A DNA stretch of 64,000 bases from Macrostomum lignano (lineage: Eukaryota): assembly GCA_002269645.1 (NCBI GenBank), contig NIVC01000236.1, positions 310,001 through 374,000 on the forward strand. The letters run 5' to 3'. Position 1 is the first letter of the stretch, and every line of letters starts with the position of its first letter. Positions 13,308-27,300 of this stretch are shown here, piece by piece. The notes under the pieces are model-generated. The model worked only from the letters and a program-made list of their open reading frames with translations, did not search any database and was not told the origin of the DNA. Both the position numbers and the translations under genes were made by a program.

Positions 13308-13630
13308 GCACTAAGACAGACAGACACTAAGACACTAAGACAGACAGACAGACATTAAGACAGACAGACAGACAGACAGACAGGCACTAAGACAGACAGA
13401 CAGACAGACTAAGACAGACAGACACTAAGACACTAAGACAGACAGACAGACATTAAGACAGACAGACAGACAGACACTAAAAGACAGACAGACAGACAGA
13501 CAGACAGACAGGCACTAAGACAGACAGACACTAAGACATAGACAGACAGACACTAAGACAGACAGACGGACAGACAGGCAGGCACTAAAACACAAGACGG
13601 ACACTAAGATAGACAGACATGCAGACAAAG
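13134..13630. repeat. (GACA)n microsatellite interrupted by CTAA motifs
   Basis: Direct inspection. Confidence 0.9.
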
Positions 13631-16600
13631 ACAGCCACAGATCTCAGTCAAGCCCTTGCTTGATCCCTGGATCCCTGTAGAAATGAGACATCCTGGGATC
13701 ATAGATCCGGAGAGAATCGCCAGCTGCCGCCCCGCACCCGAGCGCTCCCCTCCTGCTTGCAAATGAGGCCCCTTTGGCTGCTGCGTCTAAAGCGAAGGGC
13801 AATAGAAATGCAAATTTTCTGCGCAATCCGCGGCAGAAATGAGTCCGGGGCAGGAACTGGGAGATGAAGCTGAGCAGAGCAGATTGACTCCGAGTCAACA
13901 ACACGGACAAAGTGTGATATTTGAGTAGACTGTGCTCAGAAGCTGAAGAAGCTGACAATAACTACTTTGCTGCTTTTATTAAATCCTTTTAATGAGGAAT
14001 CCCAGCTCCAACCTTGTGTGTTGCAGAGTCTTGAACCTGCCATGCATGCATTTTTAATCAGTGGAAATGTATTTCAATTAAAATTTTAACATAAATTGCG
14101 ACAGTGAAGCAGTATGAGACAATAGAGATAATGTTGCAAATTTATTTCCTGTTAATTAGTTCAATGAATATAGCGTCACAAGACTAATAAAAAGGAGCGA
14201 AGCGCATGTGAATTCAAAATGGCATAACAAGCGAGTGGTTAATGAATTGGGGTCATTTTTCCGGACATTTAAAAATTGGTTAGGGTTACATTAAAAAATG
14301 GTTTACGGGTTTAAAACGCAGCATGCAGTTAAAAAAAGTGAATTTAAAAAACTTGATTCGGGCAGAAATCGCCTATATTGAGGTGGCGGGGAGATGCATG
14401 CGGGCAGGTGAATAAATTAATAGCAAAACGGACAGAGCTAGCAGCACAGGTGCGATCTGTACAGCAGTTCAAGGTGCGATCGAGTTAGCTAATGCTGTGT
14501 ACTGAAAAGTTAAACAAGTGGTTGCAATAGAGGGCGATTTCATTGCTGTTGTAGTAAAAGTTTGAAATTATCAAATGGGCCTGGATTTGACCTTAATTTA
14601 ATAAAAATATTTAAAGTCATTTTTTGGAATTCGAATTCAGAAAAGAGAGAGACTGGGGAAAATTAGAGTACAGAAATTATTTAGGCTTAGTGCGATAAAT
14701 AGATTCTTATAAAAAGTTTTTGCTCAGTTCTAAGCCGTGAAAAGTGCAACGATAAATGACTAAGCGGAGGATTAGCTGTGGGATATGTACACACAAACAG
14801 CGGACAATGGCCTCTGCGCAATCCTCCGTATGGAGGAGTAGAATTTTTCAATGAAGTTTCGGAGGCAAAAAAATTGTTAAAATCCTTTCTTTCTTTTTCA
14901 GTTCGAAACTAAAAATAACACCGAAGACGACAATTATTCATAATTAAAAACGGCAGTGCGAAATGGCTAAATGGCAAACTTTCACGTTAAAAACAACATA
15001 TAGTAGGTAGCGAAGGGATTGAAGAAAGTGCAGAAACGACAGAAACAGGGCATGGGAGCGGAAGATTCGCGCGTGTCGCCACAGAGATGGAAATTAAAAA
15101 AATGTTGTTTGCATTCAACTTTTTTGCCTAAAAAAATTACCTTTCTCCCGCATCGTAGCACAGCTATGACTGTGCAAAAATGTCGTTATTTATTTTTCCG
15201 GGTCTTATTAAAAGAGCTTCACGCAATCTGCGGACGCGTCGGCGACGGTGGCGACTTCTTGTCGGTGGCGGCCTCCTTGCTGTCGGCTGCGGAGCCAGCG
15301 GGAAGGAGCGTGCGGGGGAGGAGGAGCGGGTGGAGGTTAGCGATGGCGGTGCAGTTTGGGCGTTGCAGTGGGAACTGACTGCATTGCGGCTACAGGTGAA
15401 TAATAGTGCCAAGGACGACTTATAGATGAAGGATTGGAAACCACGCGTTTCTTGGAAAATTTGTGAGGACAGGGTTTTGCGGCATTTTACGGCACAAAAA
15501 ATATTTTTGGAATCAGATTGAATGTTGATCTTTTATCGTAGCAATCCTGTTTTATTACTTCTTTGATTTTTGCAATGTTTGATTTTCTAAAGTTACAGAT
15601 TCATCTAAGCATTTAAAAACCAATATTCATATTATTCATTGAACAAATCCACAATTGTCTTCTTTCTAGAAATATTTATAAATGGAAGACTTTTTGGAAT
15701 TTAATTTTGTGAAAAAGAGGCCGTGTAGTCAAATTTGTGACAGAGTTTTTTTACAATAATGAGTAAGAAACCTCATTTTGAATTAATAATTATAAAAGGA
15801 CCTTATACGAGCGTAAGAAATCAAAATAAATATATTTTTTGTAATTTTGGGAAATTTTACTCAATTTTACAAACAAAGCTTCGCAGAAGTCAACGAAGCA
15901 ATAAAATAGAGAGGGTATGCTAGAAGCTGAGCTCCCAATCTGCTTCTAATTAAAAACTGTCGCTGTTTCGTGTTTTTCCACACCTGAACCCTGCAGCCCC
16001 AAAAAATTTCTAAGAAACAAATATTTCCAGTCCTTCTACTTAAGTAGTCCTTGAATAGTGCTTGGACACAGAATGCAAGTACACGCAATATCAAGTACGG
16101 TACAAAATACAGAAGCGTTCGCATGTGCGCATGCTTTGTGAGCTGAGCTGGAGATCAAGTGTTCTTTTTCAGTTTTCAAAGAAATGAGAGCAGCTACAAA
16201 TTGATTGATTAATTTTGCGTCAGCAGTGTCAGAAAGCATGGCCTGCACGAAAGCGGCCCTGGTACGCAGAGTGTGACTGACAGTTTGAACTAGGCTAAAT
16301 GTGCTGAGGGCGACATGGCGCGGACACTGGACTAGACTGTACACAACAGAAAGAGTGGCTGATCCAGCCTATGATTGCTGTTAATTCATATCAATATTCA
16401 ACCGCCCGGCGGTTCTCTCTGGCCTTTTAGGCTGCATGAATTCACTTTGCGCAATCACAGCGCAATTGGCTGCAACAAGTCTGCATTGGCATGGTTAGGG
16501 AGGGGAGGCTCTGGCCAGGAGTGACAGGATAGGCAGAACTACCGCGGCTGTGTTTGCAGTCTTGACTCCCCCTGTCTTGAGCTGGATCCGGGTAGGAAAG

Positions 16601-18304
16601 GAGAGTTTTATCTGAACTCAATTTCGCAGCTCCGGTCGGGGCTGGCTGGTTTCTTCCCCAATATTTATCCAGGCGGCGCTGCCTGTCCCCGGGGATTCAG
16701 GGAGTCTATTTTCTCAGCTTAAAAATGCGCCACTCCCGGGCTGCGGGCCTCGAAGGCTGGCATACGGGACCTGAGGTCAGTGGCGGCAGATTAGCCCCCA
16801 TGTTCCCCTCCTCTCAAGCAGCAAAGCAGGGAATATTTTTGTCAAAAAGTATTCAACCGTGCGGCCTCTCCAACTGGGGCAGCTGGCAACACGGGCGGGG
16901 ACTGCAGGCAGCGGAGCCCCGTCACTGGAGCGGCCTTTGTGCCGCTCCGTGCAGCCCCTGGACCGGGGCGGCGGGAGGGGGGGCGGCAGTGCAGGGCAGA
17001 TGCGATTGCAAAGCGGCTTTTTTCAATTCGCTTAACTTTGCAGACTTCCTGTCGGAGCGGAGCTGTCAGGGAGCTGTTTGCACTGGCGGGCCGGGGCTGC
17101 CTGCCGCTGGCCCGACTGTCAGACAGGCTCTCACTGAGGGGGTTCAGCGCAGATCAGTCAAAGTGAAGCCCCTGTCAAATTCTTATTGAAGATTGTCGCG
17201 CTCTTGAAAAAGTCTGTTCTTCTTCTATTGAAATGCTTTCATAAACACGGGACAGTCGGTTCTGTTCTGCGCGGTGGCTTTCCGAGAAATGCCCTATTGT
17301 AAGCATTGGCGCTACCAGAGCGGTGGGTCCGTGGATGCAGACACGGAGCGACGCTCTTTTCTGCCTGATGTCAGTCAGTCAATGGGTGTGTGCTGCCACT
17401 TCATCAACTTGGAGTTTCAGATTTTCAGATTAGCAAGTTATTATATTAGCAAATTCATTCCAGGTCAAATGTGCTTCTAAATCTGAGGGCCTCGCACGGG
17501 CTGTTCGGTGCGGGAGAATCAGATAAAAAATGGCATGCAGGTCATTAGAGCCGCTGCATATTGTAGGGACATTGCACAGTGCAGGCCGGGTCACTGGCAG
17601 GGAGTTCAAATGGCAAATTTCTCTCTTTAGCTTTTATAGTTTTTAGAAAGAACAACTAGAGGGCAGAGCTGCACTGGGGAGTTCAGAGGCTGCAACCAGA
17701 TTCACTCACGAAGGCTTGCTTAAAGGCCATTCAATCTTCAAGGTCATCGCAAGCCAGACGCCAAAAGCTTAAAAGCAGAGCAGTATATCAGCAAAACTCA
17801 ATCCAAGAGAATTTATAGAGACAATTGAGATCGCTGCTCATGACTTACGGGGAGCTTGCTGCTTTCCTGAAAGTGCAAATACTAAACAATGTTAGGTGGT
17901 GACGCATTTAAAGCATACTTTTTTTAACTCGCCGGAGGAAAGGAGACTTTAAGCATGGCTGGGGAGGGGCAGAGTGGGGCGTGAGGTGGGCTCCGGAGGG
18001 TAAGAAAAGCAATTTGTACATTTGTACACCCGCGAAAACGGATGAGGTGTGGGTATAGTCAGCTGACTGCTTAGCTTTGATTTGCCTTGAAACAAAAAAA
18101 TTCTCTCGCAGACGTTGACATCTGATTTGTTCTATTCAAGAATAGCTGTTATCAATTTGAGTTTGCGCCGTTAGAAACAATTAACTATTGAAGCAAAGTC
18201 GAGCCTATCATCACCAAAGGAAATTTCCGGATTGAATTCTAAACTGGGCGCAAATTCAAACAGATAAATGAGACTTAAAACCCGCAGGCTGGAGCCGAAC
18301 CCAA

Positions 18305-21300
18305 TCAGTAGGTGGGCGTCTCCACCCTGAGTTCGTGGCACGAGCCCCTAGGCGAGTTCTGGCAGCTGTGCACCTCGGTCACGTGGATCTGCGGAAACAA
18401 ACCTCTCTGGTCGGACACCTGCAGGGCGGCGGCCACGCTGAGCCGGCGAGGTCGGCCGTCGCCGCCTCCGGTTTCCAGGGCCTCCTTGGCCTGGGCGGCG
18501 GCCTCTTCGTCCTGCTTCTGCAGCTCGGCCTTGCAGAAATGATCGACAATGCCAGCGCCGAACGCGTCGCCGACCACGTTGATCGAAGTGCGCAGGCGGT
18601 CGCTGCGGAATTCGGGGGTAGGCAGTTTGGATAATTAATAGATCGGCAGGTGCTGCTTGTGCGAAGTTTCCAACTAATTTGGTGGGGTCTGGTGCAGACA
18701 TGCTTTGCCTTGGATTTGTGCTTCTAACCGCGAAAAGTTAATGCGGACTCGAACCCGGGACTCTCAGATTTCTCTAGCCACCATTGTAGCTCTCTCTTAA
18801 AGTGCAGATAGTCCTCTCTACTCCAGCCCGGGTAGATTGCACCAGTCTGTTTGCATTTTAGTCAAAACCTCTTCTCTTTGTCACTGCGGAGCTTCCTACT
18901 GCAGGGCGGCCAGCCTCAGGAAATAAATTAGATACGACCGTTGCCTGCAATCTGCCGCACTTCATCCCTGGCTTCGTGACTCTGCTTTGCAAAGGAACTT
19001 AGCTCGTTCTGCTTGGCGGAGCGCCCCCCCCCCCTAGCCCCACTCCCCGGGTTCCTGTTGCCATCGCAAGGCCCGGGTCAAGCAGAGATGCCAAATCTAG
19101 CGGAAGAAAGCGCCACACCCGATCCGCGAGTTGTCTGTTTTGTTTGTAGTTTTTTGCTCTTTTTGCTTGCTGCTCGGCACTGCTGGACTCGAGCGAAGAT
19201 GCAAGGCGGGCTGGGTGGCCGGACAGGAAGCACAGGTGCACTGGGTGCGACCCGAACCCGCCCAGTGCCTCAGCCCAGCACTGGGACTGTCTTAGCAACA
19301 GAGTAATAAAAAAGCACTCGCAGATGCATCGCAGTAAAGCCGAGAGCCAGACAGAAAGGTGCTTGAAGGTGAGAGAAGTGTCCGGGTGGAGTGAGCGGGA
19401 GACGCAGATGGCGCAGCCCTGATCCGCCGCTGCCACATGGCGAGTGACGTCAGGCGAATGGAAGCTGGGCAGATTCTTCAGTAATTGACTTTCCGCTAAT
19501 GCAATAAATACACCGAAACCCTGCCCGGGCGGGCGCAATTGTGCTGTACCACCGAAGGAGCTGTAAAATTGCTACTGGCCGCTTGTGTTTTATCCTTTGT
19601 TGTTTAATTAAATCTTTGACCTCTACTCTCTGTTCACTGCTGTCACTCCAAACCCTTCACTGTCACTCCATATACTTCAATGTCACTCCAAACCTTCACT
19701 GTCACTCTAAACCCTTTAATGTCACTCCAACCCTTCACTGTCACTCTAAACCCTTTAATGTCACTCCAACCCTTCACTGTCACTCTAAACCCTTCACTGT
19801 CACTCCAAACCCTTCACTGGCCCTCCAAACCCTTCACTGTCACTCTAAACCCTTCACTGTCATTCTAAGTCCTTCACTGTCACTCTAAACCCTTCACTGT
19901 CACTATAAACCCTTTAATGTCACTCCAACCCTTCACTGGCCCTCCAAACCCTTCACTGTCACTCTAAACCCTTCACTGTCACTCTAAACCCTTCACTGTC
20001 ACTCTAAACCCTTCACTGTCACTCCAAACCCTTCACTGTCACTCCAAACCCTTCACTGTCACTCCAAACCCTTCACTGTCACTCCAAACCCTTCACTGTC
20101 ACTCCAAACCCTTCACTGTCACTCTAAACCCTTCACTGTCACTCTAAACCCTTCACTGTCACTCTAAACCCTTCACTGTCACTCTAAACCCTTCACTGTC
20201 ACTCTAAATCCTTCACTGTCACTCTAAACCCTTCACTGTCACTATAAACCCTTTAATGTCACTCCAACCCTTCACTGGCCCTCCAAACCCTTCACTGTCA
20301 CTCTAAACCCTTCACTGTCACTCCAAACCCTTCACTGTCACTCTAAACCCTTCACTGTAACTCTAAACCCTTCACTGTCACTCCAAACCCTTCACTGTCA
20401 CTCCAACCCCTTCAATGTCACTCCAAACCATTTAATGTAACTCCAAACCCTTCACTGTCACTCTAAACCCTTCACTGGCCCTCCAAACCCTTCACTGTCA
20501 CTCTAAACCCTTCACTGTCACTCCAAACCCTTCACTGTCACTCTAAACCCTTCACTGTCACTCCAAACCCTTCACTGTCACTCCAAACCCTTCACTGTCA
20601 CTCCAAACCCTTCACTGTCACTCCAAACCCTTCACTGGCCCTCCAAACCCTTCACTGTCACTCTAAACCCTTCACTGTCACTCTAAACCCTTCACTGTCA
20701 CTCCAAACCCTTCACTGTCACTCTAAACCCTTCACTGTCACTCCAAACCCTTCACTGTCACTCCAAACCCTTCACTGTCACTCCAAACCCTTCACTGGCC
20801 CTCCAAACCCTTCACTGTCACTCTAAACCCTTCACTGTCACTCTAAACCCTTCACTGTCACTCTAAACCCTTCACTGTCACTCTAAACCCTTCACTGTCA
20901 CTCCAAACCCTTCACTGTCACTCCAAACCCTTCACTGTCACTCCAAAACCTTCACTGTCACTCCAAACCCTTCACTGTCACTCCAAACCCTTCACTGTCA
21001 CTCTAAACCCTTCACTGTCACTCTAAACCCTTCACCACTGTCACTCTAAACCCTTCACTGGCCCTCCAAACCCTTCACTGTCACTCTAAACCCTTCACTG
21101 TCACTCTAAATCCTTCACTGTCACTCTAAACCCTTCACTGTCACTATAAACCCTTTAATGTCACTCCAACCCTTCACTGGCCCTCCAAACCCTTCACTGT
21201 CACTCTAAACCCTTCACTGTCACTCTAAACCCTTCACTGTCACTCCAAACCCTTCACTGTCACTCTAAACCCTTCACTGTAACTCTAAACCCTTCACTGT

Positions 21301-24300
21301 CACTCCAAACCCTTCACTGTCACTCCAACCCCTTCAATGTCACTCCAAACCATTTAATGTAACTCCAAACCCTTCACTGTCACTCTAAACCCTTCACTGG
21401 CCCTCCAAACCCTTCACTGTCACTCTAAACCCTTCACTGTCACTCTAAACCCTTCACTGTCACTCTAAACCCTTCACTGTCACTCCAAACCCTTCACTGT
21501 CACTCTAAACCCTTCACTGTCACTCTAAACCCTTCACTGTCAGTCCAAACCCTTCACTGTCACTCTAAAACCTTCACTGTCACTCTAAACCCTTCACTGT
21601 CACTCTAAACCCTTCACTGTCACTCCAAACCCTTCACAATCACCCCAAACCCTTCACTGTCACTCACAGCAGCCAGTCCACAGCCAGGATGAGCGAGATG
21701 TCGTCAGTCGGCAGGCCCACGGCGGAGAGCACCAGGATCATGGTCACCAGGCCGGCGCTGGGGACGCTGGCGGCTCCGATGGCGGCCAGGGTGGCGGTGA
21801 AGCTGCAGTGGTTCGGGCGGATGGTCTATCAGTGAAAGGCGACAGGAGGCCTACAGCGGGAGCAGCAAGCGGAATTCCTTGCAGTACATTTCTCACCTGA
21901 CAACGATGATCTGCGTGAAGCTCAGCTGGAAAGCGTTGACCTGGGAGATGAAGATGCTGGCCACGGCCTCGTACAGGGCAGTGCCGTCCATGTTGATGGT
22001 GGCCCCGATGGGCAGCACGAAGCGGGTGACGCGCTTGTCGATGCCGTTATTCTCCTCCAGACAGCGGAAGGTGATGGGCAGCGTGGCGGCGGACGAGGCG
22101 GTGCCCAGCGCGGTGATCCAGGCCTGGAAGATGCCGCGGAAGAACGTGACAGGATTGCGCCGGGTCAGCAGGAAGAACGAGATGGCCAGCGTGCCGCAGG
22201 AGTGGATGATGAGGCCCAGAATCACGGTGAGCATGTACAGGCCAAGGCTCTGCGCGGTGCTCATCAGGTCCTTGATCAGCAGGATCTTGCTCACGATCAG
22301 GAAGAAGATACCGATGGGGGAATACCTGCGGATGGGCAGGGGCTGGCACTGAGCTGGCTCAATGGGGCAGATCGGCAGACTCAAGCTTTGCCGCTTCAAC
22401 TTAGTTTCTACGTGAAGTCACGATCGCCTGATCTGCTCGGATTAGTGGACTTGGCTGTCTGAGCTAGCAATCATATCATAAGTTGAGATTGCTGAAAAAT
22501 GGTTGAGTGCTCACTTACCACATGATGACCTTGACCATGCGCATCACGATCTCGTTCATGATGTTGAAGAACTGCACCATCAGCACGGCCTGGTCGCCCA
22601 TCTGGCCGATAATGAGCCCGAAAAAGATGGAGAACGAAACCAGGCCTGGAGGGAGCGGTTCGAAAGTTCGGAGTTGCTAAATGCCCCAAAGATACGGATA
22701 GGGTGGGAGTGTGAAAGCGAGCAGGAAACTCGCTTTAGCTGCCTCAATTAGCAACCAGGGGGCGTGAAAATGGCTGAGTGCTCAGTGTGAATATGTCAAG
22801 TCTTTGTGTACAGCCGAAGGCCCAAGCCAGGCTCACCCAGCACATTGGTAGACCAGAGCATCGTGAGCTGGCTGCTCTCCTCCATGCTCCACAGCGTTTC
22901 ATTGGTTGTCTCGTTGACATACGAAACATTTTTGTCCACCGTCTCCGTTGCCGTCTGCCGGAAGCAGGCCTCGATGAGGTTCTCCGGGAACATGTTTCTG
23001 CGTAGTTTTTATTGGGGACGTTGGATCGTTAAATGCTTTAAGAAATAGTAAATTCGCTCATCCACCATCACGCATTTTCGTGTCGTAAACAAATATTAAT
23101 AAACTGCTCCGGAGCGGAGGCCCATTGGAAGCCCTTTCCATAGGGAATTGAATTGCAGCTTCGCAGACATCTGAGAGGGGAGGCCCGACAATGCATCAAG
23201 TGAAAAAGGGGAGAGCAATTCATGAAGCAAAGCATCGCCCAAGTGGGTCTGAAGAGGCGCGAGGCGATTACTAAAATTCCTTCTCCTACTCCTTCATCTT
23301 TCATCTAGATATTGGTCCTTGAGAGATGAGCCCAGAGGCCGGTGGGTGGCAAGAAACGGAGGGACGGATTCGAAGTGCCGCTGAGGCCCCGGAGGCGTGG
23401 CCAGAAGGCAATTTCAGAATCTTCCGAACCTCTCTCCTGAAATCACCTCCCCACCACCAGGCGCACTTCTTGTCCCCGATAAACCTCCAGGGAGGATATC
23501 AACTTTCCGGGGGCTCCGGACCAAAAAGATGAAGGCTTCCTCCGTCCAGTCTCTTCTCTCTCTCAGGCGTGCGGTTTTACAGCGAGCTCTGGGCAGTCGC
23601 GGGCGCTCAGGCGGTGCAAGTTCTCCCGACCCAAGCCGGGACACCGTCAGGTTCCGGCGGCCTACAACTTAGGACAGCAGCTACGCGCTCCGCAGGTTTT
23701 TTCAAATAAGGCTGCGTGTTGCACCCTCAGCATCGTGGAAACTTTAATCTCCCCCTGCGACCAGCCTTGTACGCGTGCTATGCGCGAACAGGGACAATTT
23801 CGAGAGCTTGCCCGAACTTAAATGAATGTTTTCCCACGGGATTTCTGTTTCTGGCCAAGCTGCGTGCCCCCACCCCAGCCCCCGGCAGGCCCGAGGACTG
23901 TCGCTGGCGTGACCCCGTTGGGGGGACAAGTCATTCAGTGCCTTCCATCCTTCGCGCACCTCCGTTGCGTGCCTGCTGTGCTCTGCGCGAAGCTGCAAGG
24001 TGGAAGAAACCGCAGCCTATGCTGGCTCTGCACCTTGCTTAGCTTCAGAGAGCCAAGACGCATTACTGCAGAGAAATTACCCAGGTCCCTGGTAAAAAAG
24101 TGCTCGGACCCAGCTCAGTTAGCTCGAACTCCTAGAGTCAGGCCAAGTAACCAATACAGCCTACCTGAACAGGTCCAGGAACGAATCCAAGGTGCTCGGC
24201 ATCCGTCTGGCTGTGATCTTTTCTCCGGTGCCCTTGCGTTTGATCTCCGGATCGCCCGGGTGGATGATAACGACCAGAATGATGCCGAGGATCACAGCTG

Positions 24301-27300
24301 CGATGGTGGTGGAGAAGTAGTACAGCAGAGCGCAGGAGCCCATCTTGCCCGATGACTTGGCGTCCAGGCTGGAGAGACCTGGCAATTGCAGTTCCGGGAT
24401 TTGCATGCAAGCTTGCGTTCCAAGCTGGAATTGCCCCCGCGGGAGCTAAAAAAACAGTTTTTTATTTTCAGGCCGTTCACCTGGAGATTCCAGCCCCAAA
24501 AAAACTCCAACTAATTTGTCACGCAATTGATATGCAAATAAAATCCTCCAGCTTCATTGCCCTGACATTTACCGTTAAGAAAAAGAAGCTCAAAGGAGTC
24601 TGGAAGAGCTCTGTCCCATTCCTCTCTTGCTGCGAGATCCCTACTCACTTATTCCCTTGGTTTTTCCCACCGGCCTGCTGGACAAGGCAAAAATCCTCAT
24701 CGCCCTTCTCATGGGCAGAGAGCTACCCCAGCAGGGAGAGGCTGAGTGTAGAAGGGATATCGTTAATATTTGACGATAGGAAACTACTCAAAGCTGGCAA
24801 CGGATTCCGCAAAACGAGCGACCTGGGAGAAGAGAAGAAATTGCGATAAGGACTGGGGTCAGTTGCTTTTAATAAACTGGAAAAGCAAGCCGAGGTGCTT
24901 AGGGCTGCGGGCCGATTCAGGTAGAGTAGTAAGCAGGGGATAAGTGCAGATTAGGGTGCCATTTCATAATTTGGTTTGTACCCGATAAAAAAGGCATCGT
25001 TCCCGATCCCTACAGCATTCTGCAATCATCAGGTGTCTGTTCCCTACAGCATTCTGCAATCATCAGGTGTCTGTTCCCTACAGCATTCTGCAATCATCAG
25101 GTGTCTGTCCCCTACAGCATTCTGCAATCATCAAGTGTCTGTTCCCTACAGCATTCTGCAATCATCAGGTGTCTGTTCCCTACAGCACTCTGCAATCATC
25201 AGGTGTCTGTTCCCTACAGCACTCTGCAATCATCAGGTGTCTGTCCCCTACAACACTGCAATCATCAGGTGTCTGTTCCCTACAGCATTCTGCAATCATC
25301 AGGTGTCTGTTCCCTACAGCATTCTGCAATCATCAGGTGTCTGTTCCCTACAGCATTCTGCAATCATCAGGTGTCTGTTCCCTACAGCATTCTGCAATCA
25401 TCAGGTGTCTGTTCCCTACAGCACTCTGCAATCATCAGGTGTCTGTTCACTACAGCATTCTGCAATCATCAGGTGTCTGTTCCCTACAGCATTCTGCAAT
25501 CATCAGGTGTCTGTTCCCTACAGCATTCTGCAATCATCAGGTGTCTGTCCCCTACAGCATTCTGCAATCATCAGGTGTCTGTTCCCTACAGCATTCTGCA
25601 ATCATCAGGTGTCTGTTCCCTACAGCATTCTGCAATCATCAGGTGTCTGTTCCCTACAGCATTCTGCAATCATCAGGTGTCTGTTCCCTACAGCACTCTG
25701 CAATCATCAGGTGTCTGTTCCCTACAGCACTCTGCAATCATCAGGTGTCTGTTCCCTACAGCATTCTGCAATCATCAGGTGTCTGTCCCCTACAACACTG
25801 CAATCATCAGGTGTCTGTCCCCTACAGCATTCTGCAATCATCAGGTGTCTGTCCCCTACAGCATTCTGCAATCATCAAGTGTCTGTTCACTACAGCATTC
25901 TGCAATCATCAGGTGTCTGTTCCCTACAGCATTCTGCAATCATCAGGTGTCTGTTCCCTACAGCATTCTGCAATCATCAGGTGTCTGTCCCCTACAGCAT
26001 TCTGCAATCATCAGGAGTCTGTCCCCTACAACACTGCAATCATCAGGTGTCTGTCCCCTACAACACTCTGCAATCATCAGGTGTCCATCCCCTACAACAC
26101 ACTGCAACCATCATGTGTCTGTCCCCTACAACACTGCAATCATCAGGAGTCTGTCCCCTACAACACTGCAATCATGAGGTGTCTGTCCCCTACAGCACTG
26201 CAATCATGAGGTGTCTCAGTGTCTGTCCCCTACAACACTGCAATCATGAGGTGTCTCAGTGTCTGTCCCCTACAACACTGCAATCATCAGGAGTCTGTCC
26301 CCTACAGCACTCTGCAATCATCAGGAGTCTGTCCCCTACAACACTGCAATCATGAGGTGTCTGTCCCCTACAGCACTGCAATCATCAGGAGTCTGTCCCC
26401 TACAGCACTGCAATCATCAGGTGTCTGTCCCCTACAGCACTCTGCAATCATCAGGAGTCTGTCCCCTACAGCACTCTGCAATCATCAGGAGTCTGTCCCC
26501 TACAACACTGCAATCATGAGGTGTCTGTCCCCTACAACACTGCAATCATCAGGAGTCTGTCCCCTACAGCACTCTGCAATCATCAGGAGTCTGTCCCCTA
26601 CAGCACTCTGCAATCATCAGGAGTCTGTCCCCTACAACACTGCAATCATGAGGTGTCTGTCCCCTACAACACTGCAATCATCAGGAGTCTGTCCCCTACA
26701 GCACTCTGCAATCATCAGGAGTCTGTCCCCTACAACACTGCAATCATCAGGAGTCTGTCCCCTACAGCACTGCAATCATCAGGAGTCTGTCCCCTACAGC
26801 ACTCTGCAATCATCAGGAGTCTGTCCCCTACAGCACTGCAATCATCAGGTGTCTGTCCCCTACAGCACTCTGCAATCATCAGGAGTCTGTCCCCTACAGC
26901 ACTCTGCAATCATCAGGAGTCTGTCCCCTACAACACTGCAATCATGAGGTGTCTGTCCCCTACAGCACTGCAATCATGAGGTGTCTGTCCCCTACAGCAC
27001 TGCAATCATGAGGTGTCTCAGTGTCTGTCCCCTACAACACTGCAATCATGAGGTGTCTCAGTGTCTGTCCCCTACAACACTGCAATCATCAGGAGTCTGT
27101 CCCCTACAGCACTCTGCAATCATCAGGAGTCTGTCCCCTACAACACTGCAATCATGAGGTGTCTGTCCCCTACAGCACTGCAATCATCAGGAGTCTGTCC
27201 CCTACAGCACTGCAATCATCAGGTGTCTGTCCCCTACAGCACTCTGCAATCATCAGGAGTCTGTCCCCTACAGCACTCTGCAATCATCAGGAGTCTGTCC

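Noticed and set aside
19640-21665. CTAAACCC resembling plant-type telomere repeats
   Set aside because: The motif is only part of a 20-bp unit, not a (TTTAGGG)n or (TTAGGG)n run.
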